A stretch of 64,000 nt of DNA from Polyangiales bacterium (GTDB lineage Bacteria > Myxococcota_A > Polyangia > Polyangiales > Polyangiaceae): contig JBBRNJ010000024.1 of the NCBI GenBank assembly GCA_038230375.1, forward strand, positions 40,529 through 104,528, written 5' to 3'. The notes beneath the pieces were generated by a model. The model was not told where the DNA came from and made no database searches. It worked only from the letters and a program-made list of their open reading frames with translations. This document shows, one piece after another, positions 57,467 to 64,000 of the stretch. Made by a program: the position numbers and the translations under genes. Every line of letters starts with the position of its first letter. The first letter of the stretch is position 1.

Positions 57467-58174
57467 TCAGGGCTGCCTCACGGCAACGTTGTGAAACGAG
57501 CAGTCCAGGACGGGCACGAAGTTGTTGTCCGTGCCGGTCAGGACGTAGTCCGTCACGATATGCTTGCCGTCCGCGCCAACGGTCCGCGTGATCAACGCGT
57601 GGTCGTGGAGCCCGTTCACGGTGAACGTGCAATCGCTGCTGACGCTGCAGCCGTCGTCGCTCGTCATCGTGGTGCAGACCGCGCTCGCAGGGACGTCGGG
57701 GCTCGGGTAGTAGCGTGTGTACACGGGGTAGCTGACGCAGAGCATCGCCTGATCCGGGCCGTTGGGATCGACGCTCGGGTTCTTCGTCGCCATCTGGCTG
57801 ACGTTGAAGGTGCCTGGGACGATCATGGTGCAGCTGCCAACGATCGGCGGCCCGGCGTCCACGGCGCCGCTGCCTGCGTCGGTCGTCCCCGCATCGGCCT
57901 TCGCGTTGCCGCCGTCCGTCAAGGTGGCAGCGCCGCCGTCCTTGCCCGTGTTCGAGGGCGCGCTGCCAGCGTCGTTCGTGGACGCAGGTGCCTTCCCGCC
58001 ATCGGCGCCCACCGGCGTCGCGCCACCACCGTCACCGTCGGTCGCGGCGGACCCGCCGGTCGACGGAGTGTCGCTCTGATTCGTGTCTTGTGATCCCGCG
58101 GAGCAGGCCACGCAGGTGACGAGCGCGACCAAGGTGCCCAGTGCAAGGAGCGGCGAACGGCGGAGAATCTGCAT
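57467..58174 (-). CDS. Cys-containing lipoprotein with a DGG/DAG linker
   Basis: CVAC lipobox; low-complexity linker. Confidence 0.7.
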   Translation of the reverse strand: MQILRRSPLLALGTLVALVTCVACSAGSQDTNQSDTPSTGGSAATDGDGGGATPVGADGGKAPASTNDAGSAPSNTGKDGGAATLTDGGNAKADAGTTDAGSGAVDAGPPIVGSCTMIVPGTFNVSQMATKNPSVDPNGPDQAMLCVSYPVYTRYYPSPDVPASAVCTTMTSDDGCSVSSDCTFTVNGLHDHALITRTVGADGKHIVTDYVLTGTDNNFVPVLDCSFHNVAVRQP

Positions 58175-58293
58175 GCGTGGACCGACGGGCGTCCCGGCGT
58201 TTCCTTTCCGGACATCGGCGGACATCCGGAATTCGGTGACCTTGGTGACATTTCGCTCGTGCGGACGCGTCCATGACGGGCGCACGGACGTAC

Positions 58294-59124
58294 TCAACCG
58301 TGAGCGGTGAAGCGATCGACGAAGTCCGTGATGGTGAGCCAGCGCTCATCCGGGGACTTCGCCAGCGCGCGCATGATCGCGTCGCGCATGGGGGCGGGCA
58401 CGCTGGCGCCGTGGGGTGCACCGTCGATCGGCCGCGGCGCAGCGGTCTCGCGCTGCCTCGCCCACTCGGAGGGCGAGACTGCGTCGAAGGGCAGCGTGCC
58501 GGTGAGCATCTGGTAGGCCATGACCGCGAGCGAATAGACGTTGCTGCGCGCGTCGAGCGGGCGTCCGCTGAACTGCTCCTCGGTCATGTACGGCAGCGCG
58601 CCCACGTCCGCGATGCCACGCGCGCCGTGGCCAAGCACCCTGACGACGTCCTTCTGGGTCGCACCCTCGGAGAGCGTGATCTTGGCCGGCTCCAGGTCTT
58701 GATGGATGCAGTCATTCGCATGTGCCTCGGCGAGCGAGCCGCCGATCTGCGCGACGATATTGGCGGTGCGGTCCGCCGGGAGCGATCCCTCGCGGCGGAT
58801 GATCTGGGAGAGGACGTGGCCCTCCACGAGCTCCATCACCATGAAGGGATCACCGCCGGGCGTCGCGCCAAAGTCGAGCACCTGCACCGTGTTCGGATGG
58901 TCGAGCGACACCAGCGTTCGCGCCTCGGTCGCGAGCAGCTCGCGAAATACGGGATCGCTCGCCACATGGTCGCGCAGCGTCTTGACCGCGACCCTTCGCT
59001 TGTTCGGACCGACCATCTGCTCGCCCACGTAGATCGCGGCGGTCCGGCCTTCACAGAGGAACGAGGCGATCGTGTAGCGCCCGTCGAGCACGACCCCCAC
59101 GAACGGGTCAGGTTGAGCCCTCAT
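58294..59124 (-). CDS. Ser/Thr pseudokinase (kinase domain only)
   Basis: VAVK retained; HRDLKPEN replaced by HQDLEPAK, DFG by GHG, DVYSLG by NVYSLA; ATGA overlap with the peptidase. Confidence 0.8.
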   Translation of the reverse strand: MRAQPDPFVGVVLDGRYTIASFLCEGRTAAIYVGEQMVGPNKRRVAVKTLRDHVASDPVFRELLATEARTLVSLDHPNTVQVLDFGATPGGDPFMVMELVEGHVLSQIIRREGSLPADRTANIVAQIGGSLAEAHANDCIHQDLEPAKITLSEGATQKDVVRVLGHGARGIADVGALPYMTEEQFSGRPLDARSNVYSLAVMAYQMLTGTLPFDAVSPSEWARQRETAAPRPIDGAPHGASVPAPMRDAIMRALAKSPDERWLTITDFVDRFTAHG

Positions 59125-61343
59125 CGCATGATCCCGATTTGCTCCATCAGCCACGCGCGCTCGAAGGCTGTCTCCTTCAGGTGGTCGTAGCGACCGGACG
59201 CGCCGCCGTGACCCGCTCCCATGTTCGTCTTCAGCAGCAGCGGGTGCGTGTCGGTCTTCGTGGCGCGTAGCTTTGCCACGTATTTTGCGGGCTCCCAGTA
59301 CATGACCTGACTGTCGTTCAGGCTGGTGGTCACCAGCATCGCTGGATATGCCTTCGCCGCGATGTTGTCGTATGGGCTGTACGAGCGCATGTAGTCGAAC
59401 GCGGGCTTCTCGTTCGGGTTACCCCACTCCAGATACTCACCGACGGTGAGCGGTAGCGACGCGTCCATCATCGTGTTCATCATGTCCACGAACGGAACCG
59501 CGGAGTGCACCGCCTGGAACAGATCCGGCCGTTCGTTCACCACCGCGCCCATCAGCAGGCCTCCTGCGCTGCCACCCTCGATCACCAGGCGCTCCTTGCG
59601 CGTCCACTTGTTCGCAATGAGCCATTCCGCCGCGTCGATGAAATCGAAGAACGTATTCTTCTTCTTCATCAGCATGCCGTCGTCGTGCCACGCCTCCCCC
59701 ATCTCGTCGCCGCCGCGGATGTGCGCGATCACGTAGACCATCCCGCGATCCAGCAGCGGCAATCGCGCCGCAGAGAACGACGCGGGCATCCCGTAGCCGT
59801 ACGAGCCATAGCCGTAGAGGAAGCATGGCCCGTTGCCATCCTTCTTGAAGTCCTTTGGATACACGATCGACATAGGCACCTTCGTCCCGTCCCGTGCCGT
59901 GGCCCACGCTCGCTCCGACGCATAGCGTGACGCATCGAATCCGCCGGGCACCTCTTGCTGCTTCAGCAGCGTGCGCGCGCCCGTCGCAAGATCGTAGTCG
60001 AACACGCTGGGCGGTGTGACAAGGCTCTCGTAGTGGAAGCGGAGGTGCGTCGTGTCGAACTCGAACGTGCCGGCGGAACGTGCAGTATACACGGGCTCCG
60101 GAAACTCGATCGTGCGTTGCGCCTTGGTGCCAAGGTCGATGACGCGCAGACGCTCCAGCCCTTCTGTCTTCGTGTAGACGACCACGTGGCCAGCGAACAT
60201 CTCCATGTCCTCCAGCAGCGCGTGCGGGTCGTGGTCCACGAACGGCTTCCAGTTTGCTTCCTTCGCGTCCGCGAGCGGCGCGGTGACCAGGCGGAAGTTC
60301 TTCGCGCCCTTGTTCGTGCGGATATAGAGGACGCCCTTGCGATGCTCGACGTCGTACTTGTGGCCCTTCTCGCGCGGCACCACCACGTGGAACGCCGCGG
60401 TGGGGGTCTTCGCAGAGAGCACGCGCTGCTCGTAGGTGTCCGTGCTGGTGCTGGCCGCGACGATCAGCGCGTGATCGTGGGTGCGCCCCACGCGAAGGTT
60501 GAAGAGCTCGTCCTTCTCCTCCATCACCAGCACCGGCTTCCCGCCAGAAAGGTCCACGCGCCAGAGCTGGTTGGACCGCTTCGTGGTCGCGTCCTCCGTC
60601 GTGAAGAAGACGGTGTGGTCGTCTGCTGCCCACACGAAGCTGGTGACGCGCTCGGCCAGTACCGGCGACGTCACGCCCGTGCCCACGTTCTTCACGAACA
60701 TCTGGTACTGACGGAACCCCGTGGTGTCGGTGGAGTAGAGGACCCGCTTTTCGTCATGGCTCATCGAGTAGCCGCCGAGCGCGAAGAACGTCTTGCCCTC
60801 TCCGAGCACGTTGGAGTCGAGCACCACCTCCTCGGTCGCCGCCGCGTCGTACGTCTTGTCCGCCTTCGCGGGGCGCCGACACACGATCGCGTACTGCTTG
60901 CCCTCCACCGTGCGCGAATAGTGGAAGTAGCGACCGATGCGATCCGGCACGCCCAGATCGGTCTGCTTGATGTGCGAGAGGATCTCCGCGTAGAGGGCAT
61001 CCGCGAACTTCTGCGTGCCCTCCGTCTTCGACACCATGTAGCGATTCTCCGCTTCCAGGTAGGAGATGACCTCGGGGTTCGCCTTCTCCCGCAGCCAGAA
61101 ATAAGGGTCATTCACGTCCTCGCCATGCCACTTCGACACGTGCGCCTTCTTCGCGGCAAGCGGCGGCGCGATGGTCGCGACCGGGGTGGAAGCATCGAGC
61201 CGCGCCTCCGTGGCAGAGACGGACACCGCGGGAGGGGGAGTGGGCGTGGGGGTCTTCGGAGGCATCGGGTCCTCGCAGGCAATGGTCAATGCAGCGAGTG
61301 CGCTCGCTGCCACAACGACAACGACGGGCAGGTGGGATCTCAT
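59121..61343 (-). CDS. ptrB: Oligopeptidase B (S9A) with a lipoprotein-like signal
   Basis: DPYFWLR, YLEAEN, GGSAGG, DSQVMYWEPAK, GAGHGG; TIAC lipobox. Confidence 0.92.
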   Translation of the reverse strand: MRSHLPVVVVVAASALAALTIACEDPMPPKTPTPTPPPAVSVSATEARLDASTPVATIAPPLAAKKAHVSKWHGEDVNDPYFWLREKANPEVISYLEAENRYMVSKTEGTQKFADALYAEILSHIKQTDLGVPDRIGRYFHYSRTVEGKQYAIVCRRPAKADKTYDAAATEEVVLDSNVLGEGKTFFALGGYSMSHDEKRVLYSTDTTGFRQYQMFVKNVGTGVTSPVLAERVTSFVWAADDHTVFFTTEDATTKRSNQLWRVDLSGGKPVLVMEEKDELFNLRVGRTHDHALIVAASTSTDTYEQRVLSAKTPTAAFHVVVPREKGHKYDVEHRKGVLYIRTNKGAKNFRLVTAPLADAKEANWKPFVDHDPHALLEDMEMFAGHVVVYTKTEGLERLRVIDLGTKAQRTIEFPEPVYTARSAGTFEFDTTHLRFHYESLVTPPSVFDYDLATGARTLLKQQEVPGGFDASRYASERAWATARDGTKVPMSIVYPKDFKKDGNGPCFLYGYGSYGYGMPASFSAARLPLLDRGMVYVIAHIRGGDEMGEAWHDDGMLMKKKNTFFDFIDAAEWLIANKWTRKERLVIEGGSAGGLLMGAVVNERPDLFQAVHSAVPFVDMMNTMMDASLPLTVGEYLEWGNPNEKPAFDYMRSYSPYDNIAAKAYPAMLVTTSLNDSQVMYWEPAKYVAKLRATKTDTHPLLLKTNMGAGHGGASGRYDHLKETAFERAWLMEQIGIMR

Positions 61344-61629
61344 GGATGCCATCGCCCCCATCGTGACATGGATCGGCGATCCGGCGCGGGATTCACGGCC
61401 CGCCGCGAGATGAGCGACCTTCGGTCGCGAATATTGCGCTCGCGGGTGTCCCATTGGACGGCGCAGTACGAGGCTGATTCAACCGAAAATCAGCAAGTTT
61501 CCCCGATAGATCTTGCCGTATTCGCTGGTTCACGCCCGCCTTCGTGAATGGATGGCCACGCGTGGGCGCGTTGGGTGCAGAACGACCGCGTATTCGTGCG
61601 TGGTACCGTGGTTGCTCATGCCCATGCCC

Positions 61630-62976
61630 ATGACCAAGATCCCCTTCCTTCGCCTCGTCACTCTTCGCGGTACGCTTCGCCTCGTCGGTCTCGTCGGTCT
61701 CGTCGGCGCATGCTCTTCGTCGTCCAGCACACAAGATGACGCGCCGGTGATCGCGGACAGCTTCGTTCGTCTCCATCTCTCGTCCGTGAAGGACGCGACC
61801 GGCAACGAGCTATTCGGTCGGCTCCTTCTCGCGCCGACCTCACATCTCTATGTGTCCGTCACCACGTACACGTTCAAGGATCACGTGAGCGTGTCGCTGA
61901 AAGGCGCCCAAGATCGCGATGGGACCAAGCTCGACGTGACGACTCCCGCAACAGACCCCGCGCACGGAATCCACTTCGGCTCGCCGCTGGCGCTCGCCGG
62001 CTTGCCGTATCGAACGACAGTGCTCGCCTCGAACCCCGATGCCGCCGAGCACGTGGATGGCATCACCGACATCACGGTGCCGCAAGGTCTCGGCTCGTTG
62101 AACGTGGGCGACGTGGTGACTGCGACCGGCAATGGCACTTTCGATGGCGGCGCCGCGAAGGTGCTGAAGGGTGCCGTCACCCTGGGCTTCACAGTGGAGG
62201 CGGATGCGCCCGTCGCCGTGAATGCGCTCGGGTGGACCTTCGCCGGCAATCAGGCGGTGCCGAGCCTTCCGGATCCGATCCGTCTGTCGCAACCCGGCAC
62301 GGTGGACTCTTCGGTGCAGCTCTCGGTGGATTCCGGCAAGCGCTTCGACCTGACTGACTCGTTCGGTATCAAGAATCTGGATGCCGTCTGGTTCTTCAAC
62401 CAGATGGGGGAGCAGACGTCGTCGCCGTCCAGCGACGCGCAAAAGCGGACCGTCTTCTTTCCGACGGGCACCACATGGAGCGGACAACCGCGGGCCGCGC
62501 TCCAGCTGGACCTGACGCCGCTGCCGCTCACGGCGCTGGACACAGTGGACTTCTCGCAGGCCGCGACGGGCGCAGCGCCCTATCTTGCGCTCCGCGGCAA
62601 CGCGAAGATCGTGCAGGACGCGAGCTGCGATGGCGTTGCGAGCTGTCTCAGCATCGAGGAGCCGAAGCGAGACGACACGAAGGTGTGCGAGCCCAGCATG
62701 GCCGCCTATCGCGTGGGTCTCACCAAGAAGGGCCCCGGGACCTTGCGCCTGCGGGTGCTGGGCCAGGACGCGAAGGATGGTGATCGCGTGACCGTCGGTG
62801 GCTATGGTGAGAGCGTCTCGTTCGACGCGCTCAAGCCGTCGACGGCGGTCGCCGGCTTCGCATTCGACTCGGGGTGGATCACGGTCCAGAGCCTCTACGG
62901 CGGCACGAAGGTGGCGGCGATCCGTGCGTGCGCGCCAGGCGTCCGGTTGATGGTCCAGTCAGCAACGGCCCTCTGA
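61630..62976 (+). CDS. Hypothetical lipoprotein
   Basis: VGAC lipobox; beta-rich mature part. Confidence 0.7.
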   Translation: MTKIPFLRLVTLRGTLRLVGLVGLVGACSSSSSTQDDAPVIADSFVRLHLSSVKDATGNELFGRLLLAPTSHLYVSVTTYTFKDHVSVSLKGAQDRDGTKLDVTTPATDPAHGIHFGSPLALAGLPYRTTVLASNPDAAEHVDGITDITVPQGLGSLNVGDVVTATGNGTFDGGAAKVLKGAVTLGFTVEADAPVAVNALGWTFAGNQAVPSLPDPIRLSQPGTVDSSVQLSVDSGKRFDLTDSFGIKNLDAVWFFNQMGEQTSSPSSDAQKRTVFFPTGTTWSGQPRAALQLDLTPLPLTALDTVDFSQAATGAAPYLALRGNAKIVQDASCDGVASCLSIEEPKRDDTKVCEPSMAAYRVGLTKKGPGTLRLRVLGQDAKDGDRVTVGGYGESVSFDALKPSTAVAGFAFDSGWITVQSLYGGTKVAAIRACAPGVRLMVQSATAL

Positions 62977-63099
62977 ACAGGCGGGTGAAGCTCGGCCCTC
63001 CAGCCCGGGACCCTGGCGCTTTTCCGTGATACTTTCGTCACCGAGTTCGCGCCTCGCGGCGCATGTGACGATGTTTCTCGAGCCGAAACGACGGGTGAC

Positions 63100-64000
63100 A
63101 TGAAGCGCAGAGCAGCGACCGCGATCGCCATCCTTTCCTTTCTCGTCCTCGCGCTCTTCACGCCCGCCGCTCGCGCCGAAGGCAACGAAGCCGGTGAGGC
63201 CTTCCAGAAGGGCGTGGACGCGGTCACCGCACAACAATGGGCCGACGCGCTTGGATGGTTCGAGCGCGCGCAGGCGATCAAGCCACACTCGCTGAGCCTC
63301 TACAACATCGGCGTCGCGGAGCTGCGGCTGGGTCACCTCACGCGCGCGCGCGTCGCGTTCTACCGGTCACTCGCGCTGGACGCGGACAACAATCACACTC
63401 AGCTCGCGCCCTCCCTCGCGGACGAGATGAACGGATTCATCCGCGACATCGAGACGCGCCTTGTCTACCTCACCATCACGATCGAGCCGCCCGGCTCGAC
63501 TGTCACCGTGGACGGCAAGCCACTCGCGTTCGATCCGACCGGTCGCAGTAAGTTGTATATTGCAGGTATCTCCGCTGCTGCCGATCCGTCGCCGGAGCTC
63601 CCGACGTCATTCGAGACCGCCGTGGATCCCGGCCAGCGCGACATCGTGATCCAGAAGCAGGGATTTGCGCCGCAGGCGTCGCGCGAGACCTATCCGGTCG
63701 GCCAGCATGCCGATCTCCACCTCTCGCTCATCGCCCTCGACGCGACGCTCCACGTGGAGTCCTCGCGCGGGAATGCGGTCGTGCGCATCGAGGGGCTCGA
63801 CGTCGGCGTCGTGCCCGTCACCGTGAAAAGGCCTCCCGGCACATATTCGATCGACGTTCGCAGCGCCGGCTACGCGACGTACTCCTCCACCGTGACCCTT
63901 GGCCCCGGCGGGCGCTCGGACATCCAGGCGCCGATGGTGAAAGAGCAGCTCGTCCTCACGCGCCAGTGGTGGTTCTGGGCGGGGGTCGGCGCCGTCGTTC
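63100..64000 (+). CDS. TPR plus PEGA exported protein (runs off the window end)
   Basis: Manual translation MKRRAATAIAILSFLVLALFTPAARA|EG...WADALGWFERAQAIKPHSLSLYNIG...IEPPGSTVTVDG...QWWFWAG. Confidence 0.85.
   Translation, partial: MKRRAATAIAILSFLVLALFTPAARAEGNEAGEAFQKGVDAVTAQQWADALGWFERAQAIKPHSLSLYNIGVAELRLGHLTRARVAFYRSLALDADNNHTQLAPSLADEMNGFIRDIETRLVYLTITIEPPGSTVTVDGKPLAFDPTGRSKLYIAGISAAADPSPELPTSFETAVDPGQRDIVIQKQGFAPQASRETYPVGQHADLHLSLIALDATLHVESSRGNAVVRIEGLDVGVVPVTVKRPPGTYSIDVRSAGYATYSSTVTLGPGGRSDIQAPMVKEQLVLTRQWWFWAGVGAVV

Noticed and set aside
61671..61706. Short (CTCGTCGGT)x3 repeat
   Set aside because: Encodes LVGLVGLVG in a signal peptide; simple slippage.
1..64000. tRNA/rRNA genes, IS elements, integrases, prophage, defence systems
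   Set aside because: None recognised by eye; small RNAs cannot be excluded without covariance-model searches.

Overview
High-GC window whose gene content points to a myxobacterium, probably Polyangiaceae-like. This is an inference from the many Ser/Thr kinases, TPR/PEGA proteins, a GltC-like protein and Cys-rich lipoproteins with 'DAG' linkers. About 55 CDSs are supported; no rRNA, tRNA, CRISPR array or intact mobile element was seen. Main blocks: (1) <1-5695, a coupled caa3 oxidase plus Rieske/cytochrome b operon with a subunit I-III fusion; (2) 5772-6913, a sterol-desaturase-family enzyme coupled to a small secreted protein with repeated [GA]-[ST]-K-[SA] motifs; (3) 7045-9679, a beta-helix/diheme cytochrome pair with a frameshift; (4) kinase-TPR/PEGA(-TonB receptor)-lipoprotein modules at 11457-17855 and 44438-49099; (5) 27581-35975, the most notable locus: four multiheme cytochromes (6, 13, 25 and 13 heme motifs), a predicted outer-membrane beta-barrel, a NapC/NirT tetraheme protein and accessory genes, with sigma54-like promoters. 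This is a candidate complete quinol-to-surface electron conduit. Also seen: apparently widespread leaderless genes, a TerB-phosphatase fusion, a pseudokinase, two decayed ArsR-SRPBCC modules and a (GAGGTC)n tract next to a twin palindromic site. All product calls come from reading motifs by eye; no searches were run, and many start codons are estimates.
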